Shown here piece after piece: positions 52,161 through 64,000 of a stretch of DNA of 64,000 nucleotides. A model generated the notes under the pieces. The model was not told the origin of the DNA and did no database searches. It saw nothing but the letters and a program-made list of their open reading frames with translations. This stretch comes from Octopus sinensis. Its lineage: Eukaryota. The stretch is from NCBI RefSeq assembly GCF_006345805.1, contig NC_043011.1:51658464-51722463 (forward strand). The letters are read 5' to 3'. A program made the translations under genes and the position numbers. The first letter of the stretch is position 1, and every line of letters starts with the position of its first letter.

Positions 52161-52680
52161 AAAAAATATATATATATATATACATGTGTTCGTGTGTGTG
52201 TGTGTGTGTGAAAGAGAGAGAGAGAGAGAGAGATCAGCAAGTACCATAACTCTGTAGCAGTACCAACTATCTGCCTTTCAGATCTATTTAACTGTCCTCT
52301 CAGTAAGAGCTACACTGCTGCAGGAGAGAAGTTTCTTATGCGAGTTGGTGAGGAAATATAGAAAGATTACTATCAAAACTTTTAAACCACTTTTGACTTC
52401 ATATGTATAAACTTTTTTCCCCTCATTTTATACCTTCAGGAAATTATTGAACTTTAAATGATTATCATTGTTGTTGCTTTATTATTTGTATATGTAATGT
52501 AGCTGTTGACATCTGGAAGCAAAATTGAAAATAGAATTTCTTTCCATCAGGTCTGATAACTCCAGACAGAAAGTGTTTTCTCAAGGATATTCATAGCCCC
52601 AGGCATACAGATATTTCTATAGTATGTTAATGCTTAGTTTTAATTTCTTTTTATTCATAGCTCTTTCAGTGTAGAATAGA

Positions 52681-53045
52681 AGCTTTTTGGAGATTAAATC
52701 TAGTACACAAACTTTTACTGGTACATTCAACATGTTAAAAATAGTTGCCATATTTCCCTCATATCACTCTCAATTTTAGAAATGAAGGATACTTGATTAC
52801 GTAGCTTCTTGGAGATTTAAACCTAATACTCAAAATTTTACTGGCATACTCAACACGTTAGAAATAGTAGCCATATCTCCCTCATATCACACTCAATTTT
52901 AAAATTCAAGGACGCTAGACAATGTAGCTTCTTGGAGATTTAAATCTAGTGTGCAAATTTTAGTAGTATATTCAAAATATTAGAAAGAGTAGTCATATCA
53001 CACCTTGCTAACTTAAAAATGAAGGACGAGTTAGTTAATGTGGTC
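52681..53045. repeat. Diverged ~122-bp tandem repeat, 3 units
   Basis: agct(t/c)ttggagatt starts at 52681, 52803 and 52926. Confidence 0.85.
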
Positions 53046-53611
53046 AATGATACACAAATATTATAAACAAAATGGAATGATTAAAACTAGAATGTCTCTA
53101 TCCATAGGTTCGCACAATCTGGACTGCCCTGAGGCTAAACAATAATTTTTACTGGTATCACACTTGTTCTACTTTATCAGATTCTAGAGAGTGCTTATCT
53201 AAATTCTGAGTAGTCATCAATTTTCTGGGATTCTTTATAAACAATATTGTCTGTTTCCAGCTACAGATCATTGATCATAAAAACATTTACTAGTTTCTCT
53301 TGTGACAACCTCAGTATCAGGTCTTTGATGTTTTATGACTTAGCTTGTTTGGATATTGAAGTTCCATAACTATTATGAATGATATCAATAAAGTAGTGAA
53401 GTGTCAGAATCAGCAGAGGACTAGATCAAATGACTTATAGTATTTTAAACCAACAAAGGAGGTCACTAATTGGTTATCTGAATTGCTAGAAATAGCAGCC
53501 AAATCTCCATCAAACCGTTCACTATCACCTTAAAAATGACACATTTGATAATGTGGTTTGGGTACACTATTTTAAAAATATATGGCTTGAATATTTTTGA
53601 TTATCGTTTTC

Positions 53612-53833
53612 TTAACACTTTAGTGTTCAGATTATTCTGTCAAATTTAATATTTATTCACATTATTTTGAATTAAATGCATTATCTTGTAATTTTGAGAT
53701 TTCAATGATGTGATTATTTACTTTGAGAATGAATTGTAGGATAGGTGTAAGAAGCTGGAGCTGGCCAGTTTGAAAGATAAACCAGATAGAATATTTGGGC
53801 CAGATATGGTCTGTTTGAATACTAAAGGGTTAA
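53612..53833 (+). mobile_element. TTAA-flanked piggyBac-type MITE (same family as 23763)
   Basis: ttaacactttag..ctaaagggttaa, with internal homology to 23763-23980. Confidence 0.75.
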
Positions 53834-54513
53834 ATTACAGCTGTTATGGGGCTGAACTGCAGCAACAATTACTGATATATGACAGTCTGCTGCAAGAATT
53901 TATAAATTTGAAAGATAATTCCAGAGCTTCTACATATACTTGCCTCAAAATTGAAGTTCTACAGTTAAGAGTGCAGACTAGCAAGTTAAAACCTGGATCA
54001 ACCTCAGACACATAACATGACCTGCAAAAGATGAACCCAGGTGTCAGTAGAATAGTTTGGTGACCTACATTTGTTGATGGATGAGAATCTCATTGCAAAG
54101 AGTGGAAAATGACAAGATTCCTTGAACCAAAAGATCATTCCTGTAATGGCTAAAGATCAAATTTGGGTAGCACATCTAATTTTTAGGTGGTTAAGTACCA
54201 TTATTAGGATCTTGAGTGCCTTTAGCAGCGTTGACTCTGGGTTCTGGTCTAAAGTTGATACAATATTTCGATGTCCTGTTTCCTCCCACACCTTCCTTGC
54301 AGAGTGTCAATGTTTGTTAGTGGATGGAAGGGGGTTCTTCAATAGAGATCTGCCACTAAATACAACAGAGGTGGAGACTCTTCCCATGTGTAATTCTACA
54401 GAAGACAACTTTATCTTTTGAAGATTATGATAATGATGGTGGTGGTGTTGGTGAGGATCATGGTTATGATTATTTGCAGCAATCCTATCAAATATTAAAT
54501 ACTCATGTACTGT

Positions 54514-54741
54514 TTAACCCTTTTGTTACTAACCCGGCCGAAACTGGCTCTGGCTCTGTGGTAAAATGTCTTGTTTTCATAGGTTTTGAATTAAAATATT
54601 CCACCAAGCCTTAGTCACAATTTATGTTCCAAGCACTAGCTTAATGATAACTAAGTTGTTTTACTAAATTCTTTGTTATATTTTAAATAATTGAAAGAAA
54701 CACAGAGCATCTCAAAATAAATACAGTAACAAAAGGGTTAA
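54514..54741. mobile_element. piggyBac-type MITE, second family
   Basis: TTAA + cccttttgttact (54518-54530) and agtaacaaaaggg (54725-54737) + TTAA: perfect 13-bp TIR with TTAA target duplication. Confidence 0.85.
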
Positions 54742-55122
54742 ACACATGCACACGTTGTTGAAACAACACAACACAAACACACACACATACACACACACAC
54801 ACACACACACCTATGCATATATGTTGTTTTTTTAACCTCAGGTCAGTGGAGAGTGACCAGAACTTTGATCAAAGGTGCTCCATCCATGATTATGCCCTCA
54901 TTTTTGTATATCTAAGGTTATATTGTCTAATGTAATAATCCTTCCAGAGGACAGTATGATGTGATGCAAATGAGATTACAGTTATCAGTGTGGTTGCTAG
55001 GATTACAAAGCTAAATAAACTTAAAGACTTCCTAGAGCCATCCTTATACACAGAGATAGACGCAGTGAATCTAAAACAAACACTTACACACCTTATAATC
55101 ACTGATAAGTACAACATTGTCA

Positions 55123-55159
<37 letters not shown>

Positions 55160-55409
55160 TCATTCATTATACACTTGCTTTTCTATGCTAGCATGGGTTA
55201 GATGAATGCATATTACTGAGGCATTGTTTTATAGTTGCATGCCCTTACTATTACTAACCCCTATCTGTTTTCATGTAAGGAAGCTTTCATTCCACTTAAT
55301 TTTGAAGTACGGAGCAAGTGGATGATTTTGTTGACAAGGAATGTCAGCAAACATCACTTTTTGAAGCTGAAAGCTTTTTCATATGAAGCATAGAATGTAA
55401 ATATTTTCT

Positions 55410-55469
<60 letters not shown>

Positions 55470-56669
55470 AGTTTCAGTCTACAAAACTGACCCACATAGC
55501 ATTGATTGGCCTGATGCTATAGTAGAAGATACTTACCCAAAATGCTATTTTGTGGGACTAAGCCTGAAACCATGTAATTGAGAAACCACACAGCCATGGC
55601 TTCATCATTCATATGTATGTTTGTGTGTGAGCATGTACACACATGAACTATAAAAATGCATACATATATGTGTATATGTAAACAAATGTATATATTATAC
55701 TTACACCTTTCAAAATAAAATAAAAATAGAAATGAAAAATGAAAGCAAATGAAGAAATCAAAAAAACAAGCAGTACCTAGTTAAAATCATTGCAAAGTAT
55801 AAGATAATCCACATTTAAGATCAGCTGGCTGCATTAACCTGTATCTATTGGAGTATTTATTCTCCATAGTAATATCTGTAACTCTTTAATAACATTAATG
55901 CTGGCACTTGTCTGTGTGTCATTCCACCTCATGGTTTATTATAAAACTATACCAATCTTAGGCAGGTTTATTACTAATTATATTAGCCCTAACCAGGGTT
56001 TCTTTGCATTACAACAGATTGCGTATTATGATATGAAGTTAGTTAAGTATTGATTGAAAAAGTTACAGAGACAGGTAACACAGACCACAAGTATTGGTGT
56101 TCTGTGCTTGGCATCTAGATGTGGTTTATTCATGATATTTAACATTTCTGACTTATATAGTAAATAAACCTGATAGATGTATTATGTATGATGAGCTAAA
56201 GTGACACAGTTCAATCACATTGCCCTTTTATAAACCACTGCAGTAGATTTAGCATAAAACTGATGCTCAACTCCCTTGGGGTTAGCAGTCTTGTGAGCTG
56301 CATAGCAACTTCAATAGTGATGGAGGTATGACATACTGTGAAATGGCTGACAACAGAAAGAGTATCCAGCCATAGAAACCATGCCAAAGCAGACATTGGA
56401 GCACAATGCCGTCCTTGAACCCATCGGATTCTATTACACCATCCAACCTATGCCAGCTTAGAACATGGATGTTAAATGATGATGATGTCTCATGTATGTG
56501 TCTGTGTGATAAAGCTAAACTAGTTAAACCCCTAGTAGATAGGTGTGTTAACCATCAGAACATTAAAGTAAAGACCAAATAGATAAAGTATTTACTAACC
56601 CAACGATTTTGATTTCAGCTCCTCAGTAGGTGTCTTGCTGTTTTGCTTGCATAATACACTTAATCCCAT

Positions 56670-56795
56670 ATACTTCTATTAGACAACAAAGACCACTCAA
56701 CTACTACATGGATGTTGTTAGCAGAGATACACAGCATGAAATCATTAAAGTTAATGAAGGATAGAGATTCCTGGATCATCGCAAGATGCATCACA
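56670..56795 (+). mobile_element. Old RTE ORF C-terminus relic
   Basis: RPLNYYMDVVSRDT and, after a frameshift, LMKDRDSW, similar to SYPDVISRDT..MMDREVW at 61450-61560. Confidence 0.45.
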
Positions 56796-56977
56796 GCTGT
56801 AACTGTTTGAAGAAGATGAAAGTATATCTTAGTTCGCCTGGCTGTTGAAAATAGCTTACTATAGCATCTTGGAATGTCAGACAAGATAGACTGATATTTT
56901 AGGTTAAGAGAGATTTCCCTGATCTTTTTTTAAAATCTATGAAACTAGAGATAATTACAGGACTCTTCAGGGGCAGT

Positions 56978-57355
56978 TTATCTTTTATCTTTTACTTCAT
57001 TCGGACTGTGGCCATACTGAGGCACCACCTTGAAAGGTTTTAGTCAAAGAAATCAACCTCAGTACTCATGTTTTTTTTTTTAAAGTTTGGTACTTATTCT
57101 ATTGGTCTCTTTTGCTGAACTGCTCGTGGGGATGGAAACAAACCAACACTGATCACCAAGTGGTATTAGTAAGAAGACAAACACACACACACACATGCAT
57201 GCATATATGACAGGTTTCCACACAGTTATCACACAATTTATACGCAAGGTATTGGTTAACGTAGGCCTATGTAAAAGACACTTGCCCTAGGTGCTCTGAA
57301 GTGGGACTGAACCCAAAACTACATAGTTGCAAAGTAAGCTTCTTAACCACAAAAC
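56978..57355 (-). mobile_element. SINE family A (diverged)
   Basis: Reverse complement of the family A consensus. Confidence 0.7.
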
Positions 57356-57369
57356 AATGTTTGTGCCTT

Positions 57370-57670
57370 CAGTGTCACGTGACTAGTACCCATGCCAGTG
57401 GCAAGTAAAAAGCACCCTACAAGCCTCATGGAGGTGATGACAGGTGACCAAGACCTTTGGCAATATGCCATGCGTGAGAAGACTTGTCAAACCAAGTGAA
57501 ATCATAGTTGTGGCCGATGCCAGTGTCACGTAACTGGCACCCATACCAGTGGCACGTAAAAAGCACCCATGCCAATCAGACTGGAACTAGGTGTGGTTCT
57601 CCAGCTTACTAGTTTCAGTCAAACAGTCTAACCCATGCCAGCATGGAAAGCAGATGCTAAATAATGATGA
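57370..57670 (+). mobile_element. RTE 3'-end-derived repeat (family C)
   Basis: gtggcacgtaaaaagcaccc..catgccagcatggaaagcagatg..atgatgat. Confidence 0.7.
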
Positions 57671-59779
57671 TATATATTTTAGATATTGTTAGAGTTAGAG
57701 TAAATATTTTCATAGTAAAATATCTATCATTTCTTATTGTTAACCACAGAACAGTGAAATAATGGAATCTATCACTTAAGACATAGGCATGCAAAGTTCC
57801 TTTTCTTAACCAAGGAGACACAATACCAGTTGTAATACAATTTGAACATATGATCAAGTAAGACTTGTTTTAACATCATAACTTTACAATTAATGTACCA
57901 CAAAGTGCTATTCTTGACCTTTTGTAGAATTTCATGGTCCACAAAGCTTATATTTATCTCCTATTTCTGAAGTTTTAATAGGATGAGAAACAAGTCTCTC
58001 TTCAGAGAGGTTACCAGTCTACTGAAGATAACATTTTTTGTGAGAGAACTTGAACCTGGTATTTCAAGCTAACTAATCAGTTGCTAGTATTACAGTGTTG
58101 TTGCTACTGCTGTTTACAACAATGAAATTAGATCATCCTGTTAACTGATTTAACAGCTGAGAATTCTTTGTGGTATCATGGGTTGAATGATTTTACAAAT
58201 CTACATATTTGTATATCATTCAAATATTGAACCAGAGACCAAACCAATACAAATTGGTTCTATTACCTCATAGAGCACAGGTTTTAAAAAAAAAAAATAG
58301 AATGCAGCAGTACCAGTGACAGGATTTTAACTCCCAACCTGTCAATTTGGTTGTCCACTCTTCAATTGATTCAACTATCTGCAATTCCTATAATATGACA
58401 CAGAAGTCAAAAGAAAAAAAAAGAAAAAAGTGCTGTCTCAGAAAAATTAAAATAACAGTCAAGCAATGTAGGAGGTCGCCAGTTTCTGTACTAATGACCT
58501 GTAATTGGTGGTTTTCTTCATTAACTAATATCGTTTTGGTATGATTATAGTCTATGGCAGCTAAATGAATAAATAGTTTTGTCAAATGTGACTGTGCTTT
58601 GCTAACAAGTCTCACTTCATCAAGAAAATATCAACAATCATTTCAAATAATGAAAGCATAGTTCAAAAATGGTTCATTACAATTTCTGACTTTGCTAGTG
58701 AAATCAAAAATATTTTCTTATTTCTCCAATGTTAGTTTCCTACTTCTCAGATAAAAGGGAAAATATTCTTCAGATTAACATCATATTTCAGGGATGAATC
58801 AACAACTTTCCTTTTGATAGCTGTCTAACATAGCTTATTTGGTCGACTACAAAATCTTTCACACATACACATATATCACACTATATATACACTGTGTATT
58901 GGTTGTTGTTGTCTAGCCTTAGCACAATCCTAATCAAATTGATCTCTGATCAAAGTATACTCCAGCCGTGACCATCCTCCTTTACTTTTATTATTCAGAC
59001 AGTTTATCCCATACAACATTAAGAATGTATATATCGGAGAAGGGGTGTTAAATGGTAGGGTGTGTTTTGAAGGAAATTTTACTGGTATTTCTACTATGCA
59101 TAGAACTTTTTCAGTAGCTGATGTGAGAAAGAGAGAGAGAGAGAGAAGGGGGAAGGGGGAGAGAGAGAAGGGGAGAGAGAGAGAGAAACAACTAGGCGTT
59201 AACAGAAATGACATAAAGTGCAGATCACACATCACACTTTGATCAGAGTAGATGCATGGACAGATAGAAATGACATGGTAGATGTCTTGATGTACAAACA
59301 GTGTAGGTGTTTGTCTTGGGAGACACACCATATAACCACTGACTGAACAGACACAGTATGTAGACACACAGACTAGATAAACAGACTCAGACAGAAGATA
59401 TTGACTATACAAATATTACATAACAAAAAAAAATGTCCAAAGAAATTAACGGTGGTCAACATCAGCAAAAAATCATTCCTAATGTTCACAGATTTGGATG
59501 TTTCTATGCTGTAGGGAGAGGAACTTATATGATTTCATACAAATTGGTAAACTTGTATAGATGTAGGTAATGTGTGGACATATGAAATAAATACAGTGTT
59601 CAGATGTTGACTTTGTAAATAGCAAACAGTTAAACACAGTGTGATCATACTGAGTGGACAGATAGATGTAGTCTGTAAGTGTTAACTGAATAGATTTGAT
59701 ATTTGTAGATGTCGAAAGTAAATAAATTATACAGATGCAGGTATGGCTGTAGGTGTAAGAAGTTTGCTTCAAAACTATG

Positions 59780-59824
<45 letters not shown>

Positions 59825-60402
59825 TATATAAATTTATAGTATAAGATATAGATTCAGAATTGTGTGGCTATCACAGAAAGCTCCTCTTATGGACTCAGCT
59901 AATAGGCTACATAGTAATCCAATACAGAGACATATAATATAGAGTGTCCATGCAACAGAAATCTAGCAGATCCAATTGATGAGATTATTTCATGAGAAGT
60001 ATATAAACCAACAAAGTCAGGAGGTATGAGAAGTGAATATATTTACTTAACCACTTGACATCCTTAGGAAAATGGTCATTTTGCAGCCTTCCTCATGGAG
60101 TAATAATTTCAGTGTGCATTAATATGCATGCTTGGCATTATACAATACAAATGTATATTCACAAATTAATGCAAATAAAGAAAGCAAGCTCATCAGATCA
60201 CCAGAATATCATGATCACACCAATGATTCAACATAAAGAAGGTAGTAAAACCACTGTAACGCCAAGGATATCAAGTGGTTAAATAAATATATTCACTCCT
60301 CGTACCCTCTGGTTTATATATACTAGACTACCCATGACCCAGGAAACTCTGAGTTTCCCAGCAACAGAGTTTTGTTTCATGGTTTTTTTTTTTCTTTTCC
60401 AG

Positions 60403-60518
60403 GATATTTTGCATGTTTTCACTGAATGTGACATTGAAATCACACACAAACGGCTCCTTTCCCCAGAACAGAAAGGATTTGACTGCTATTTCTTGCACAC
60501 CCTGCTACCACGTAACAG
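60403..60518 (+). other. Candidate spliced exon (116 nt) of an unidentified transcript
   Basis: Strong acceptor (t)12cttttccag and donor aacag|gtattt. Two frames are open (DILHVFTECDIEITHKRLLSPEQKGFDCYFLHTLLPRN), but no protein is recognised. Confidence 0.3.
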
Positions 60519-60682
60519 GTATTTTGGGTCCTTTATCACAAATAGCTGTTATGTGGTAGCAGGGCATGTTAGAAATAGCAGCTAAATCTTTGGAAGTGAG
60601 ATATGTTAAATGCACTCGAAAAAACCTATGGAAGAAAACTATTTCACACTGAGGTTATGAATGGTTCTTTTACGAAATATTT

Positions 60683-60800
60683 ACATCATCATCATCATCA
60701 TCGTTTAACGTCCGCTTTCCAGGCTAGCATGGGTTGGACGGTTCAACCGGGGTCTGGGAAGCCAGAAGGCTGCACCAGGCTCCAGTCTGATTTGGCAGTG
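60683..60800 (-). mobile_element. RTE 3'-end-derived repeat (family C), short young copy
   Basis: catcatcatcgtttaacgtccgctttcc..ggctgcaccaggctccagtctgatttggca. Confidence 0.8.
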
Positions 60801-61276
60801 TATTTTTAAAATCATTTTCACTTTAAAATATTTTTTAGATATGCCAAAAAAATTTTATAATGGTATTCACTTAAAAATAATTAAAAAAACATTAAACTAT
60901 TGTCTGTTTAAAGAAAGCTAAAATATACATACCTACATTCACTTAAAAATATTTCTAAATGAATAAAATATTGTGTTTAACAAAAGCAAAAATAGAAACA
61001 TTTACTTTAAAAAAAAACAAATATTTTTTCATTGTCAAATCACTGTCCAATCGAAAGGTTAGAGTTTCTTCTTTTCCAGGATGAAATTATAGTTGGAACA
61101 TTTTCCCATTATGTACCGTTTTAGGTATTTATACCCACAAACCCCGAATATCTCAATGACTACTGCTCCAATTTACATGAAACTTGCTTCATTCTGTTCG
61201 TATTAACATTTCAGCGTAAACTTAATTCATAGTATTTTCCCATTATATATACACACACACACATATATATATGTAA

Positions 61277-61357
61277 TAGGTGTTGAGAAACTAAAGTATG
61301 ATAGAAGGACAGCCATCAAGATACCTGTCCTATCATAATTTAGCCTCTCAACACCTA
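61277..61357. repeat. 81-nt hairpin (~32-bp stem, 12-nt loop)
   Basis: taggtgttgaga (61277-61288) pairs perfectly with tctcaacaccta (61346-61357). Pairing continues to ggacag/ctgtcc with 3 mismatches and one 3-nt bulge. Confidence 0.8.
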
Positions 61358-61444
61358 GCACAAAGCTGCCTCTGTCCATACTGCACCCCTGATCTGCTGA
61401 ACAGTCTTGTCTTTCTGGCCTCACTTGTAGTAGTGCCATGAAAA

Positions 61445-61602
61445 CAAAAGGCAGCCACTATACTCTCCTACCCTGATGTAATCTCCAGGGATACAGGCAT
61501 CCAGCAACAGGACCTGCGTAATGCCATGATGGACCGTGAAGTCTGGCGTAGCATGGTAAATTCCATTGTCTCGACCACGGTCGAACAATGATGATGATGA
61601 TG
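61445..61602 (+). mobile_element. RTE-clade LINE 3' end with (GAT)n tail
   Basis: LSYPDVISRDTGIQQQDLRNAMMDREVWRSMVNSIVSTTVEQ* followed by (GAT)n. Confidence 0.8.
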
Positions 61603-61663
61603 TAGAGTGGTTAGTATTAGGAAGAACATCCAGGCATAGAAACAAACACAAATGATGATAATA

Positions 61664-61703
<40 letters not shown>

Positions 61704-61726
61704 AATAATGGCCGAAACCTATCAAA

Positions 61727-61782
<56 letters not shown>

Positions 61783-63856
61783 ACCTAACAAACAGACATG
61801 TGTCAATACATTAGTATGATTAGTATTAGTATTGTGTGCGTCTGTTGTTTCCCTGTTTGTGTATACCAGTGTAAATATCTAATGTTATTTATTTACATAA
61901 AGAGATGTAAGAATTTGATGTAACTCAATAAGTGAACTTAACCATTTGATAAATAGTGATTGATAAAAGGAACACTAGACAAGGCCCTGGGGTTGATGCA
62001 ATTAACTGAAACCATGAAGGCAGTACCCCAGCATGACTGTTGTTCAGTAACTATTAAGCAATGAAAGAATAAATATGCTCAGAGAGAGATGGCTTTGTTG
62101 TCATTTATTTTAATGTTGACCATCAATACGCAGCAGAGCATGGGATTTGGAAGTAAACAGACTTATAGATGTTGACTAGACGAATAGATAGATGATAGAC
62201 AACGGAGACCCAGCATACTGAATGTGACTATACACAAACATATTCTATGTAGAGGTTCACTAACCATACAATGTCTGTGAGACCTGCCTCTGTCAACAGT
62301 TATGAAATTACTGTATTAACATTAGCCTCCTCCTCTGTTAAAACAAAAACCGCCTTCAACTATGCTATTATAAGTCTGTTATTTCTAAATCCCATGCTTC
62401 GCTACACACTGATGACATAAATGTATCTCTCTGAAAAATCAATGATTTTAAAGTAAGATATATAATAAAACATTAAAACATTAAGTACCTAACATGAAGG
62501 ATAAAAGAGAAAATCAATCCTTCCAGGACTACTAGAGTTTTAAAACACAACCCCATAACATAGTAATGTAAACTGAGTAAACTATTACTAAACCAGACTC
62601 TAATTATGGTTACTACGTTAATATAATATATTATGGTATTGGAAATTACTAATGTTCTACAGTGTAGGACTAAATGCATTGCAGCAGATACTTTTAATCG
62701 TGGTTGTTGTGAAACTTCAGGTCAGCCCTGATCAAGCAGTCCTACAGCATACAGATAAAAAAATGATAAAGATCCTTCCCAAATCATTCCCAACTATTTT
62801 TCCAGTTTCCATTTGCATATGTTCCCCACCTGGATGAGACACTGGTCTGTCACAGGATTACTCAATTTTGTCAGCTGAGTGGACTGGAGCAATATCAAAT
62901 GAAGTGTTTTGATCAAGACCATAATGTGTTGCCCGGTCCAGGAATCAAAACCACAATCTTATGATCACGAGTCTAACACCCTAACCACTAAGCCACACAC
63001 CTCCACGCCTATGGCACACAGATACTTGGCTAAACAACAAGGTGTGACCTGCAGATCAATCTTCCTTATTATACCATATCTTCACCTAACTGAGAATCAT
63101 ACTACACACACCAGCAGTGATGAAAAATACACAAATAACAGATGTGATAATCATATGTACTTTCTATGCTGGCCTGGGCTGGATGGTCATCATAGTCAGT
63201 TCTTAATTAAAGATACTACTCTTCCAGATGGATCAGAGAACTACACATCAGTCATATGTTTTGTTTATGGCCAGGTTTCCATAACTGGATGCTCTTCCTA
63301 TCACCAATTCATTTACTGAGTGCACTTTATCGTGGCACCAGCACTAGAGAGGTTAACAAGGTTAAAGGTCCTTTCCACCCCCATGTCTCCATTTGCTCAC
63401 CAACCATTTTACAGATGTCTCACTTGAGTGAATTTTTAGTGGCATAAATACTAGTGGGGGTTGCCTTGTACCCAAAGATTAGAGTGTTCTCACCATTCTG
63501 TAAAGAGTATATTTTACTCAGTGTTACATAACTGAGGTGGGGAATATAAGTGACATCAATGACATGAGGAGAGCTAAGTTGGATGGGAGAGTGGAATAGG
63601 CATGTAACAGTAGAAACAGAGTGATTGGAATGAAAAAGTGGTAAAAGGGGATAGTTATAGGAGTTGATACATGGATAGTTATAGGAGTTGATAGATGGTA
63701 AGAGTGAATAATGGCTGTCTATACTATGGCCACATGTGGAACAATAGAAATAGTAAAGATAAAGTGTTTAGAATACATGTGATTTGATGTGATCTCTGTG
63801 ATAACTTAAGAGAAAGATGATAAGTCCAGTGACATCTCTAGTTGTACTAGAAGTAG

Positions 63857-63889
<33 letters not shown>

Positions 63890-64000
63890 CGTGTGTATGC
63901 TTGTACAAACATACACTTATATTATCATCCTTTACCATATCAACAGCAAAGTACAGCGAAAGTGAAAAAGAAAAGGAGTGATAGAGAAGTATGATAGAGT

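Noticed and set aside
53835-54421. Non-repetitive, GC-richer segment with ORFs of 81 and 99 aa
   Set aside because: No recognisable protein motif in any frame, no convincing splice sites; the first ORF starts inside a MITE.
61701-61729. Short accaataatggccgaaacctatcaaag island between (TA)n tracts, reminiscent of an HHR 3' half
   Set aside because: Only 29 nt, with no GUH and no 5' core. Too short to support.

Overview
AT-rich eukaryotic DNA packed with microsatellites and interspersed repeats. The SINE/LINE repertoire resembles that of octopus (coleoid cephalopod) genomes; this is recalled, not database-checked. No host protein-coding gene can be supported. Almost all ORFs in the track are (TA/TG/CA/ATT)n artefacts. 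The recognisable coding pieces are transposon relics: L1/Tx1 x2, RTE, CR1, a pogo/Tigger transposase and possible Penelope GIY-YIG remnants. The most notable signal is about 12 type I hammerhead ribozyme (HHR) motifs from several unrelated sequence families. The centrepiece is a young, ORF-less array at 10051-11450: three near-identical 360-bp direct units plus one inverted unit, embedded in (TA)n. Each unit carries a hammerhead with a compensatory U3-A8 core, a palindromic helix III and a long extended helix I. This is the architecture of non-LTR retrozymes / Penelope pseudo-LTRs and predicts a 360-nt self-excising, possibly circular RNA. Further HHRs have long helix II inserts (18057-18150 with an intact core; 36481, 37956, 43027) or short helix II (46787, 36859, 51586, 32413). 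All structures were folded by eye and need computational and biochemical confirmation.
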